Source of the DNA: Ignavibacteriota bacterium
Lineage (GTDB): Bacteria > Bacteroidota > Ignavibacteria > UBA10030 > UBA6906
Assembly: GCA_963801355.1 (NCBI GenBank)
Contig: CAWDEM010000008.1
Location: forward strand, 1,216,001 to 1,280,000
DNA length: 64,000 bases
Direction of reading: 5' to 3'
Of the stretch, positions 1-8,795 are shown piece by piece (positions within the stretch are counted from its first letter, which is position 1; the number at the start of each line of letters is the position of its first letter). The notes under the pieces were generated by a model. That model made no database searches. It was given only the letters and a program-made list of their open reading frames with translations, and was not told the DNA's origin. Made by a program: the position numbers and the translations under genes.

Positions 1-1570
1 GACTTGTCGCCCCTCCGCCCTCGCTGTTCACTGCAATGCACTCCACGGTCTTATTGGTGAGGCCCACGTTGGCCTCGGCCCAGCTCATTCCGTGGTCGGT
101 GGAACGAAAAACTCCCCCGCTCATAGTGCCTGCAAAAACGGTCGGCGTCCCCGAGCCGCTTGTACTAACGGCAAGGCTACTGAGCGTCACATCTGACAGA
201 CCCGAGTCGGACATTGTCCAGCTCGTTCCCTTGTCGGTGGACCTGAAGACCCCCAGTCCGAGCGCGGCGACAAAGAGATTGGCCCCGCCGGTCGCAGTCG
301 AACAAAAGGCAACTGCGTAGACATAGTTCCCCGTAATCCCCCAGTCTCGAGACCAGCTTCCCCCGTTGTCTGTGGAACAGTAAGCACCACTTGGACCGGT
401 CCCGGCGAAGAGCTTAGTTTGGCCTGAACCCGCCGGAACGACAGCTAGGGAGAGAATATTCGTGTTCGCCAAACCCTCGTTGACCTGGGTCCAGGATGCC
501 GCGGTGTTGGTGGAGCGAAAGACTCCCCCGCCTACTGTGCCGGCGAAGAGACACGGTATGCCTCCCCCCGGCGGAGGCGTGCCGTCAGTGACGGCCGCAA
601 GCGACCGGAAATTCCAATTGGCCAGGCCTGAGTCGGCAATGGTCCAGCTTGTCCCGTGGTTTGTAGATAGCCTGAGCCCGGCGGTGGTCCCGGCGAAGAG
701 ATATGTTTTGCCCGCGCCATCGGTGCAAGCCGTTAGACAATAGGAGCGATAGACCTGGTACAGACCTCCGGTACCGGACGGAGCCCAGGTCGCACCGAAG
801 TCGGTGGAACGAAACACGCCTCCTGCCCATGTTCCGACAAAGATGTTCCTCCTCTTCGCCCCCCCTGAGTCTGGCACTTCAGATGTCGAAGCGAAACATA
901 CGGCATCCAGGTTTGTCAGCCCCGTGTTCATTGGCGTCCAGCTCGAGCCGTAGTCTGTGGAGCGGAAGACTCCTTCTCCCCACGTGCCTGCAAAGAGATA
1001 TGTCTTGACTGTGCCTGACGGATCAGAACTGTCGGCAAAAGCATCAATGCGAGAGAGTTCCTTGCTCCCCATGGTTGTGTCAACCACGCTCCAACTTGTT
1101 CCGTTGTCCGTCGACAGAGAGACTCCCCTCGTCGTCCCGGCGAATAGATACGTCTCTCCGGGGGCCGCGCCGGGGCCCATGGCAAGCGACTTCACTTCCA
1201 GGTTCGAGGCGCCCGATCCGGCTTGAGCCCAGGTTGCGCCGTGGTCAGTGGAAAGGAACACGCCGCGCGGAAACGTGCCGGCGAAGAGTCGTGTAAGCCC
1301 GGGACCTGGCAGCACGGCAAAGCAGCGGATGTCCATGACACCCGGGGCAGGGTAAACGCGAGTCCAGCGTGTTCCGTCGTTGGTCGATCGGAAGAGGCTT
1401 CCCTGTTGCGTTCCGGCAATTAGATACCTTCCTCCACTTCCATCGGAAGTCGTGGCCAGACACTCGATGTCGCCGGCGTATGGTCCGTTGGCCTGCACCC
1501 ATTGTGCGTCGGCAACTTGTGTGGAGAGCAGCGCGACTGTGAAAACGCAGATGAGCGTGGGCAGCCTCAT
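1..1570 (-). CDS. Secreted BNR/Asp-box repeat beta-propeller protein (partial, runs off the window start)
   Basis: Absent from the ORF track, consistent with no stop inside the window. Read manually from ATG at 1570: MRLPTLICVFTVALLSTQVADAQW (signal peptide), then repeated YLFAGT..GVFRSTDxGxSW units. The + strand ORFs 36-320, 462-743, 957-1226 and 1380-1598 are its antisense shadows, all in one frame. Confidence 0.88.
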   Translation of the reverse strand, partial: MRLPTLICVFTVALLSTQVADAQWVQANGPYAGDIECLATTSDGSGGRYLIAGTQQGSLFRSTNDGTRWTRVYPAPGVMDIRCFAVLPGPGLTRLFAGTFPRGVFLSTDHGATWAQAGSGASNLEVKSLAMGPGAAPGETYLFAGTTRGVSLSTDNGTSWSVVDTTMGSKELSRIDAFADSSDPSGTVKTYLFAGTWGEGVFRSTDYGSSWTPMNTGLTNLDAVCFASTSEVPDSGGAKRRNIFVGTWAGGVFRSTDFGATWAPSGTGGLYQVYRSYCLTACTDGAGKTYLFAGTTAGLRLSTNHGTSWTIADSGLANWNFRSLAAVTDGTPPPGGGIPCLFAGTVGGGVFRSTNTAASWTQVNEGLANTNILSLAVVPAGSGQTKLFAGTGPSGAYCSTDNGGSWSRDWGITGNYVYAVAFCSTATGGANLFVAALGLGVFRSTDKGTSWTMSDSGLSDVTLSSLAVSTSGSGTPTVFAGTMSGGVFRSTDHGMSWAEANVGLTNKTVECIAVNSEGGGATS

Positions 1571-1854
1571 TTCACACCTCCGAGAGGAATGGGGTTAGGG
1601 CAAATGGTTTGAACCCGCTATTGTGATGGTCTGGAGCAAGGTACATAACGCCCAAGCACCTGGCAATCACGCAAACACGTTATTTTCTGGTGGCCGACGT
1701 ATTTTTCCTGCAACTTCGTCAAAAATGTCGCAGCCACATTTTTGGACTGAAAGTCTTCGAATCCAGCGCGTATTCGCCAGTTCCGGATAATTCCAGGCCC
1801 GATTTCGCCAAACTGCGACAAAAAAAAATGCTGTTCACGGGACCACTCTGATGC

Positions 1855-1862
1855 TATATTTG
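1855..1862 (+). promoter_or_regulatory. Bacteroidota-type -7 promoter box (TAnnTTTG) for the 1889 operon
   Basis: TATATTTG lies 27 bp upstream of the ATG, with an AGGAGG RBS between them. Confidence 0.55.
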
Positions 1863-1888
1863 TCCCCGTTCAGAAAAGGAGGACTACA

Positions 1889-2881
1889 ATGGCATGGATC
1901 GAGAGTCACCAAGGGCTTCTTCACCACCCCAAGACGCGCAGACTGACGATACTCATGGACTGGTCTCAGTGGGAGACCGTCGGACGGCTCCAGAGCTTCT
2001 GGTGGTGGTGCATGGAATATGCCGAAGACGGAGACCTCCGCAGTTTCGAGATCTCAGAACTCGGCGAGGCAGCCGGTGTACCTGCGGAGCTGTCTCAACA
2101 GTTTGTGGATGCGATGAAGGCAACAGACTGGCTGGATACATCGCCGTACCTTCGCGTGCACAACTGGTGGCGGTACGCGGGACCCTTTCTCCGTTCCAGG
2201 CACAGGCAACAACCAGCAGTGTGGAAGCGAGTGAAACAGCTTTACAAAGATGTTGGCAACACAAACGACGCGACTTCCCGTGCACCGGGCAAAACTCGCC
2301 GCAAGCCAAAGACCAAGCAGAGTCAGAGGAAAACTAAACCCCGCCGCACCGTGACACCTAACCAAACCAAACCTGACCTAACCAGGTCTGACCATATCCA
2401 AAAAAACCATCATCAACATCAACAGCATGGTGTTGATGATGTTTCGCCGCAATTGCATTTCGCAAACCCGGGCCGGCACCAGCAACAGTCCTCAACCAAT
2501 CACCCGACTGCAGACGGACCTGTGGCTGACCATGCCGGCTCGGGAAGTGTCGCCCGCTCTGGTGAATCCACTCGCCGGGAAGATGTTATCCTGAAGACGC
2601 CCGAGCACGAACTGGAGCGGATCATTAGCGACCGCATCAGCCGCAACACGATGCTGTCGCGTCTGGATCTGCTAAACATGCAAACGCTCAAGAACAAGCA
2701 TGGGTCGAAGTTTGATGATGCCTGCAATATGCTCCACGGTGGAGTAACAAACCCACTGGCCTACCTCCGTGCAATATTGGAACCCGAATCCACCACGGAA
2801 TTACTGGCTGCGAAGCTACGGCAGTTCGTCCTCGCGCAAGACAACTCTCCGTATCCGGCAATGGAGGGCACCTATGGATGA
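1889..2881 (+). CDS. Phage-type replication initiator / replisome organizer-like protein
   Basis: N-terminus MAWIESHQGLLHHPKTRRL...VGRLQSFWWWCMEYAEDGDL...VHNW resembles phage initiator N-terminal domains. A low-complexity linker carries a pentamer-repeat tract, and the C-terminus has a DnaD-like NPLAYLRAIL. Strong RBS. Confidence 0.7.
   Translation: MAWIESHQGLLHHPKTRRLTILMDWSQWETVGRLQSFWWWCMEYAEDGDLRSFEISELGEAAGVPAELSQQFVDAMKATDWLDTSPYLRVHNWWRYAGPFLRSRHRQQPAVWKRVKQLYKDVGNTNDATSRAPGKTRRKPKTKQSQRKTKPRRTVTPNQTKPDLTRSDHIQKNHHQHQQHGVDDVSPQLHFANPGRHQQQSSTNHPTADGPVADHAGSGSVARSGESTRREDVILKTPEHELERIISDRISRNTMLSRLDLLNMQTLKNKHGSKFDDACNMLHGGVTNPLAYLRAILEPESTTELLAAKLRQFVLAQDNSPYPAMEGTYG
2356..2441 (+). 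repeat. Iteron/ori-like tract inside the initiator gene
   Basis: Pentamers ACCTA ACCAA ACCAA ACCTG ACCTA ACCAG GTCTG ACCAT, then an A-tract, then a perfect 11-bp inverted repeat CATCATCAACA (2408-2418) / TGTTGATGATG (2431-2441). Confidence 0.6.
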
Positions 2882-3293
2882 ATTCAGCGCATTCGCAGCG
2901 CACTTCCAGGGGCTCTGCCATGCCTTTCGTGAACCGGTAAACAGCGACACGCTGAACCAGTATTACGACGCATTCAAGGATCTGACCGACGCACAGGTAC
3001 ATCAACTTTTCACCTGGGCCATCCAGAACGTTGAGACCTCATTTCCGAAAATCGCAACGCTCAAACGCTACGCCACGGCGCAGGATTGGTACAGGCGGCG
3101 CCGAGTGGCCTCAGCGTGCGACCAAATCATCGTGGTCGTCTGCCCGGAGTGCCGCGGCAGTTTTGCCGTCAAGCGCACTGAACTCGAACGGCACGCCCGG
3201 GAGGGAAGATCGTTTATCTGCGTGAATGCCAAGTACTGGAAATGTCCGACTGTCTTTTCCGCACAAACCATTCTCGAGAACGAATCGCCATGA
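2874..3293 (+). CDS. Helicase loader/inhibitor-like protein with C-terminal zinc ribbon
   Basis: ATG 2874 with GGAGGG RBS overlaps the initiator stop. TLNQYYDAFKDL...FPKIATL resembles the small helical proteins that follow phage initiators. CPEC...CVNAKYWKC is a likely Zn site. Confidence 0.55.
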   Translation: MDEFSAFAAHFQGLCHAFREPVNSDTLNQYYDAFKDLTDAQVHQLFTWAIQNVETSFPKIATLKRYATAQDWYRRRRVASACDQIIVVVCPECRGSFAVKRTELERHAREGRSFICVNAKYWKCPTVFSAQTILENESP

Positions 3294-3997
3294 GATGCCC
3301 ACCTTCGCTTCCCGGGATGCCGAACCTTCACCGCTGGCGCGTGATGCAGCGCGACGCGATGATCATAGCGCGATTCGCAATTATGACCCAGGTGCACGCG
3401 ATCGCACTCCTGCTCCTTGTCGCACAAGGTGTGCGAGCTCAGCCGCCGCTCCAGGATTCCCTGGAACTGAAACTCCTTGAGTGCGACATCGAACAGGCAC
3501 GCCAGAAGGCAACGCAGAGCGATTTCTGGCACCGCCTGATTCCCCGCATCAGCCTGACCGCAAGTCTCGGCCTCAGGGACGTCCTGTTTCTCGATGGCGG
3601 CTCGGGGCTTCCGTATATGCTTCCCAGAGACGCGTACCGTCTTACGGTGACGCTTTCTCTCTCGGATATGCTTGACGGTTCGCAACATGGTGTGGACCTG
3701 ATTCAGATTCGGCGGCTCCGGGTCCAGTATGCCAGACTCATTGACCGGCAACAGCGCGACAGTCAAATCCTCAGGAAGAAACTCCTGACGCTGGACGAGG
3801 AAAGCCTGCACCTGCGCACAAGGGTCGGGTTGACCGAGGATGTATTGCGATTCAGGCAATTGCTCTTCGAACAGGGGAAGATTCACTACGACGAATTGAT
3901 CCGCGCGAAGCTCGACCTGCTCGAGGCCCGGGAGTCACTCAACCGACTGGGCGTGCAGCAGCTGGAGCTTCAGTTGCGGAACGGGAGAACGCAATGA
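3290..3997 (+). CDS. Short TolC/outer-membrane-factor-like protein (single OEP repeat)
   Basis: ATGA overlap; alternative start at 3383 gives signal peptide MTQVHAIALLLLVAQGVRA. LIPRISLTASLG, YRLTVTLSLSDMLDG and LFEQGKIHYDELIRAKLDLLEAR match OEP-repeat motifs. Confidence 0.65.
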   Translation: MRCPPSLPGMPNLHRWRVMQRDAMIIARFAIMTQVHAIALLLLVAQGVRAQPPLQDSLELKLLECDIEQARQKATQSDFWHRLIPRISLTASLGLRDVLFLDGGSGLPYMLPRDAYRLTVTLSLSDMLDGSQHGVDLIQIRRLRVQYARLIDRQQRDSQILRKKLLTLDEESLHLRTRVGLTEDVLRFRQLLFEQGKIHYDELIRAKLDLLEARESLNRLGVQQLELQLRNGRTQ

Positions 3998-4905
3998 TCA
4001 GAGGCGCCGTTGAAATATTCGGGGAAATTCCGGCTGTTTATCTCAACCCCTTTCTCGTAGCCGAGTCACAGGAAGAGGCAATGCGCGGATTCATCGTTGT
4101 TGCTTACCTCCCGGAGGAAGATCTGAAGCGCTACGACCTCCTCTTCCTCCGGGGTCCGGAAGTGTACGAATGCATCTCGCTTGATGAAGTCCGCCGTGCG
4201 CGAATCAACATGGATGCGGCCCACGGCCGGTTCAAGAGCTATATCAAACAGGGGCACACACTCATATATCTTTTCGAGGCCGGCGAATCCCTCACGCAGC
4301 ACTTCATATCCACCGTGTACACTGAACCGATCATCAAAGTAAAAGTCGAAACCCTTTCGAAGCAGCAGATTCAACGCCTCCTCCGTTCTGCCGGCTGCGC
4401 CCGCCCCCTGGCTGAGCGGATCGACTTCTCCAGGAAACTCCCGTCGGTTGAGATCAGGGAAATCGACCCGCTCTCCCCCGGGCTCGAATTCCATATCGGC
4501 TTCAAGCAAGGGGGATTCTTCCTGTACGACCTGGCTGACATGGCGGTTCGTCCGGCGGCAACAGCTCCCGTGTCACAAGCCGTGCAGACGGAACTGGCAT
4601 TCGAGCCGATCGTTGCTGCACGTACGTTTCAAGCGGTATGCACGGATGTGGCGCAGCTGACAAACGGGGTGACCTCCCGGGAAGGCGTTCAGGAGCCTCT
4701 TCCCGGGGCAGATCGGGAACCTGTTGATGAAGCGGATCAGGAGAGAGGCCGGTGTGCCGGCAGGAATCGCGATCGGTTAAGCCCCGATCGATTGCGCAGG
4801 AGGCCGGACGGGAAGAAGAGGTCTCAGAAGGCCACCCGGGCACATCAGCCGGATGTACAAGCGGCAGGTCTCCAACCGGATGCAGAGCGGGAGGTCTTCG
4901 ATTGA
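3994..4905 (+). CDS. Hypothetical protein
   Basis: 303 aa, ATGA-coupled to the previous gene. Globular N-terminal part and a charged, low-complexity C-terminus. Confidence 0.7.
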   Translation: MIRGAVEIFGEIPAVYLNPFLVAESQEEAMRGFIVVAYLPEEDLKRYDLLFLRGPEVYECISLDEVRRARINMDAAHGRFKSYIKQGHTLIYLFEAGESLTQHFISTVYTEPIIKVKVETLSKQQIQRLLRSAGCARPLAERIDFSRKLPSVEIREIDPLSPGLEFHIGFKQGGFFLYDLADMAVRPAATAPVSQAVQTELAFEPIVAARTFQAVCTDVAQLTNGVTSREGVQEPLPGADREPVDEADQERGRCAGRNRDRLSPDRLRRRPDGKKRSQKATRAHQPDVQAAGLQPDAEREVFD

Positions 4906-5327
4906 AGGCGTCATCGGCAGATCCCCAACAGGAAGCGCTGGCAGAGACTCAGGAGCATTTGTCTGGAGACTTGCATGTGAATGAAGAGGAGTTCGTGCGG
5001 GTCCTTGACCGCCTGTACCGCTCCTTCCGGCAACACGCATACGGATGCCTTGGCAGGAAATCCGAAAGCATCATTGCGAAGTCCGAACGCCGGCTGCAGC
5101 TTCTCAATCCGGAGTTCTCAACAGGCTCTCTTGATGAGTCGACTGCACCTCTCGTGCTGGATCTCATCGATGACGTCATCAAACACGCGCCGTGGCTGAG
5201 ACGATCGAAGCTTCGAGCTGCCGCGCTCACACTCGTGGCCGATCTTTTCACGAAACAGTACGAACTCCTTGAGCGACACAGAGCCGTAGACAAGGTGGAA
5301 CAGATTTACTACCGGATGAAACAATGA
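4902..5327 (+). CDS. Hypothetical alpha-helical protein
   Basis: TTG at 4902 with GGAGG RBS overlaps the upstream TGA. The longer ORF-track start at 4752 is unlikely. Confidence 0.65.
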   Translation: MKASSADPQQEALAETQEHLSGDLHVNEEEFVRVLDRLYRSFRQHAYGCLGRKSESIIAKSERRLQLLNPEFSTGSLDESTAPLVLDLIDDVIKHAPWLRRSKLRAAALTLVADLFTKQYELLERHRAVDKVEQIYYRMKQ

Positions 5328-5430
5328 AGGCATGGGGCGTTGGGCGCTGGGCACTGGGGGCCGGGATGTTGTGCAACAGCATCTACTTGTTTCCTCGTGC
5401 CCAGCGCCTGACGCCCGGTCCCTAAATGCA

Positions 5431-7086
5431 ATGACCGCTCCCACGCATATAGCATTTGCCGAACTTCTCTATCTGCTCATACTGACGACGACAGGCGTCG
5501 CACTCAGCGTCCCCAATGCCCTTCTGATTGCCGTGTCGTCCGTCCTCCCCGATATCGATACAGGCGCGAGCAGAATCGGCAGGTTCCTCCCGTTTGTCTC
5601 TTTCACACTGGAGCGCCGGTTCGGGCACCGGACATTTACGCACTCCTTCGCATGCGTGTTCCTTCTCTCGATATTCCTGAGCCCCCTCTGCCTGATCGGG
5701 AGGGACATCTACACCTGCATTGTGATGGGCTATCTTTCGCATCCGCTGCTGGACACGGGTACCGTGAACGGCACAAAACTCTTCTATCCGTTCTCGGGAG
5801 TGAGATGCGTCTTTCCGCTGGAGGCGTCCCGTCCGCAGCGCTATCGCATTCAGACGGGATCCCGCAATGAAAAAGTGCTGGGTATCATTTTCTTCGTCTG
5901 CTGCATTCCGACATTTTACGTTGCCTCCCAGGGATACGAACGATTTATCCGCGTGACGCAGCGAAGCATCGAGGCCGCCGTCCGCGACTACGAACAGTTC
6001 TCGCGGGACCACTTTGTGATGGCCACCTTCGATTCATACGACATGTTGACGAAGCAGACGTTCAACGGATCATACGAGATCGTCGGCGCTATTAACCCGC
6101 ATACGCTGGTCTTCAAAACATCCGACGGACGCCTGCACACCATCGGCAAAAGCTTCGAAGCTGATTATGTAGCCGAATCCATCGTGTGCCAGAAAGCCCG
6201 CCCGGCATTTGCATCCGTCCGCACAGTGGATATGAGCAATCAGCTCCTGGCGCAGTTGACCGCGCTCGTAGATACATCCGTCGAAAACTACTTCTTCGGG
6301 GATATCACCACGATTGACAAGGTCTCTCTGCCCGAGAATATTCACCTCTTCAGTCCGGTCACCGGATCGGGCGGCGTGATCAAACTGAATTTCGCCACAC
6401 CGAATGACATCAGAGAGTACAACCTGGAGCGTGTATTTGTTACCAAGGGGATACTCACCGTTAAGTCGATATCCCCTGCCCCCGCGCCCGGGGATTCTTC
6501 ATCCCCGGGAGGCTCTCCGCCGAAGTTCGACAGCTACTCGCAGCTCTCGTATCTCATCGAACCCAGGGATTCCGTGGTCCTCATCAAACACAAGGGGGAC
6601 ACGATCAGGCAGGGGGAAATCCTTGCAACAAAGACGACGATCTCATTTTACGAGGAGGAGCTGACAGTAAACGAAGAAAAGCGTGATGCGCAGATAAGCC
6701 AACAAACCGCCTCCCTGGAAGACTTCGACCGGAGGATAGCCGCCGCCGAGCTGGCCGTCGCACTTGACTCAGCGGACTACCTGCACGCGCGCACACTTCT
6801 GAAGGGCGGATTTCTATCCCCGGGTCAGATCTTCTCCTATGAGCTGAAGTTGCGTAAGGAGAGAGCTGCATTGCGCAAACTTCAATCGGCAAAACGCGCG
6901 CTGGCCAGGCAAATGGCACTTGATATCGCCCGTTTTCACCTGCGCGAGTCTCAGCTGCGTGAGAAAGCAAGAGGCGCCCGGCTGCAGTCTGAAATACGCT
7001 CTCCTGTGGGCGGCGTCCTGCTCGAGGTGCGCCAAATGCCGCAGGACAACAAGACCCGGCTCGTGTTTATCGTAAAACGGCATTGA
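5431..7086 (+). CDS. YdjM-like membrane metal-dependent hydrolase fused to an HlyD/MFP-like hairpin-lipoyl domain
   Basis: MTAPTH..LPDID..GHRTFTHS..GYLSHPLLD are YdjM-family motifs. The C-terminus has KGDTIRQGEILA, a coiled-coil with YLHARTLLKGGFLS, and EIRSPVGGVL (lipoyl half-motifs). Confidence 0.8.
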   Translation: MTAPTHIAFAELLYLLILTTTGVALSVPNALLIAVSSVLPDIDTGASRIGRFLPFVSFTLERRFGHRTFTHSFACVFLLSIFLSPLCLIGRDIYTCIVMGYLSHPLLDTGTVNGTKLFYPFSGVRCVFPLEASRPQRYRIQTGSRNEKVLGIIFFVCCIPTFYVASQGYERFIRVTQRSIEAAVRDYEQFSRDHFVMATFDSYDMLTKQTFNGSYEIVGAINPHTLVFKTSDGRLHTIGKSFEADYVAESIVCQKARPAFASVRTVDMSNQLLAQLTALVDTSVENYFFGDITTIDKVSLPENIHLFSPVTGSGGVIKLNFATPNDIREYNLERVFVTKGILTVKSISPAPAPGDSSSPGGSPPKFDSYSQLSYLIEPRDSVVLIKHKGDTIRQGEILATKTTISFYEEELTVNEEKRDAQISQQTASLEDFDRRIAAAELAVALDSADYLHARTLLKGGFLSPGQIFSYELKLRKERAALRKLQSAKRALARQMALDIARFHLRESQLREKARGARLQSEIRSPVGGVLLEVRQMPQDNKTRLVFIVKRH

Positions 7087-8105
7087 CGGCATCTCCCATG
7101 GACAGCACCGATCTCCGGCAGGACCAGGTGTTCTTCGGAAGAAGCGATGAGCTGTACGAGCTTACGCGAAATCTTCAGCGGGGCAGGCACACGCTGCTCA
7201 TCGGCGAGAAAGGGATCGGAAAATCGCGGCTTATGCTTGAGGCAATCAGGATACTTTCAGGGAAGGTGCGCTCCATCGAATTCTCCGCCGGGGTCACGGC
7301 GCGTCTCCGGGGTCAGCTCGCCTCCCGGTTGAGTCCGGATTACTACAACATTCTGTACGTCCGGCATCCCACGCCGATGGGCGATTGCGTCAAGGAGATT
7401 GCGGAACAGCTGCACAGCCTGGAAGTGCTCCGCCTCGACGGGAACAAAGACAAACAAGATTGGCCGACAATGCAGCGACATATTGTAAAGCTCGGGAGCG
7501 TGAAAGCGCAGGCATTCATCCTGGACGGGATTTCCCGCTCCGATCGCCATCATCTGGTGTTCTTTGACAACCTTGACAGGATTTCCCCTCCGCATCAGGC
7601 ATTTCTGGAGGCACTGCTCAGTATCGCGGTGGTATGTGCGGCGGTGGTGCAGATGAAAGATCAGTTCATATTCAAACGGATCTGGGCGTCATTTGCCAGG
7701 ATTGAAGTGAAGCCGTTCGGTCAAGCGGAATCGCTTCAAATCATCAATCACTACCTTGAGCATTACCCTATCCGTGTCATCGATCGGGAACTCTATCGTC
7801 GTGAGGTACTGAAGGCCGCGAACGGCAACCCGTTCCTCATCAAGAATCTTCTCTGGCATACCTCATGCGAGCGTCATGTGGGCCTGGATGACATCCGGGG
7901 TCTCCGGCGTGTGGAAGACGGACCGTTTTTCAATATGGGCCCGATCTACATCTTCGTCGCCAGCATGTTCACGATATTCAAGATCTTCTCGCTGGGAACG
8001 AACAACTCCGAGTTCTACATCTACTTCTCCGCCCTCGGGTTCCTGGTCTATCTCACGTTCCGCATATTCAGGACATTTTTCTTGTTCCGGCCACACCACA
8101 GGTAA
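7083..8105 (+). CDS. AAA/P-loop ATPase with two C-terminal transmembrane helices
   Basis: FFGRSDEL, Walker A GEKGIGKS, Walker B LVFFDNLD, and a GNPFLI motif. The C-terminus has hydrophobic segments IYIFVASMFTIFKIF and FYIYFSALGFLVYLTF. Confidence 0.8.
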   Translation: MTASPMDSTDLRQDQVFFGRSDELYELTRNLQRGRHTLLIGEKGIGKSRLMLEAIRILSGKVRSIEFSAGVTARLRGQLASRLSPDYYNILYVRHPTPMGDCVKEIAEQLHSLEVLRLDGNKDKQDWPTMQRHIVKLGSVKAQAFILDGISRSDRHHLVFFDNLDRISPPHQAFLEALLSIAVVCAAVVQMKDQFIFKRIWASFARIEVKPFGQAESLQIINHYLEHYPIRVIDRELYRREVLKAANGNPFLIKNLLWHTSCERHVGLDDIRGLRRVEDGPFFNMGPIYIFVASMFTIFKIFSLGTNNSEFYIYFSALGFLVYLTFRIFRTFFLFRPHHR

Positions 8106-8108
8106 ATC

Positions 8109-8174
8109 GGGGTCAGACCCCTGTGCGCCCCTGTGCGCATAGGGCCTGACCCCTGAATGACTCCCCTGAATGAC
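8109..8174. repeat. REP-like palindromes (GGGGTCAGACCCC / GGGCCTGACCCC) with short tandem duplications
   Basis: Palindromes at 8109-8121 and 8142-8153; CCCCTGTGCG x2 and CCCCTGAATGACT x2. Confidence 0.7.
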
Positions 8175-8179
8175 TTGGA

Positions 8180-8422
8180 TTAGCTGGGATCCCGCGCGTA
8201 CTGTGAGGCGTAGTGGTCAAGGAGGCTCCGGATCATCTTCTGGTATTGCGTCCGGTTCTGCTTTGCCATGCGCTTGAAGAACCTCACGCTGGATTTGCTC
8301 AAGGCAATCGTAATCTTGACCTTGTCATCCCGCAGCACCAGCTCATGGGGGGGAGGCAGGAAGTCCTTCACCACCTGAACGGGACCCATGTTCTCATCCG
8401 TGTACTTTATTCGCTTCCTCAT
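8180..8422 (-). CDS. BrnA-like / CopG-family antitoxin
   Basis: MRKRIKYTDE...DFLPPPHELV...VKITIALSKSSVRFFK...YQKMIRSLLDHY (ribbon-helix-helix antitoxin family). Confidence 0.8.
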   Translation of the reverse strand: MRKRIKYTDENMGPVQVVKDFLPPPHELVLRDDKVKITIALSKSSVRFFKRMAKQNRTQYQKMIRSLLDHYASQYARDPS

Positions 8423-8491
8423 ATAGCCTTTTTCCCGATTTTCACGGTCTTTGTCTTCATCCCACTCGAACCGGACTGTTTGCTTAGACAT
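8392..8491 (-). pseudogene. BrnT toxin remnant with internal deletion
   Basis: The N-terminus MSKQTVRFEWDEDKDRENREK abuts the toxin C-terminal tail GKRLYEEANKVHG* in another frame. The core of the gene is missing. Confidence 0.7.
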
Positions 8492-8619
8492 TGTACGAAA
8501 TTATATGGATAAATAGCAATTATTTTGTATGGCTTGATACTATTACATTCAAGCCGAGGGATTTTCGAAAGCTGATCTGGAGAAATTCCTGGAAGGCTGC
8601 CCACTGGCAAGGCCCGGGC

Positions 8620-8676
8620 CAATTGTCAATAGTCAATGGACTATCGACAATCGTCAATCGGTTGGGGCCTGACCCC
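8620..8676. repeat. Six 7-bp CAAT(T/A/C/G)G(T/A/G)-type units plus a GGGGCCTGACCCC palindrome
   Basis: caattgt caatagt caatgga ctatcga caatcgt caatcgg (8620-8661), then the palindrome at 8664-8676. Confidence 0.7.
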
Positions 8677-8795
8677 TGCGTCACTTGAAGAATCATTGTT
8701 TTCAAGCTATATTGGGCTACAGGAATCCCTGGACGTTCCCCCCCTTTGGCAACCACCGGATCGTCTTCGTTCTTACGATTGCATCGGACTACCAT

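Noticed and set aside
1889-8105. Intact prophage or ICE
   Set aside because: No integrase, terminase, capsid, tail, relaxase or VirB4/VirD4 genes and no att repeat were seen.
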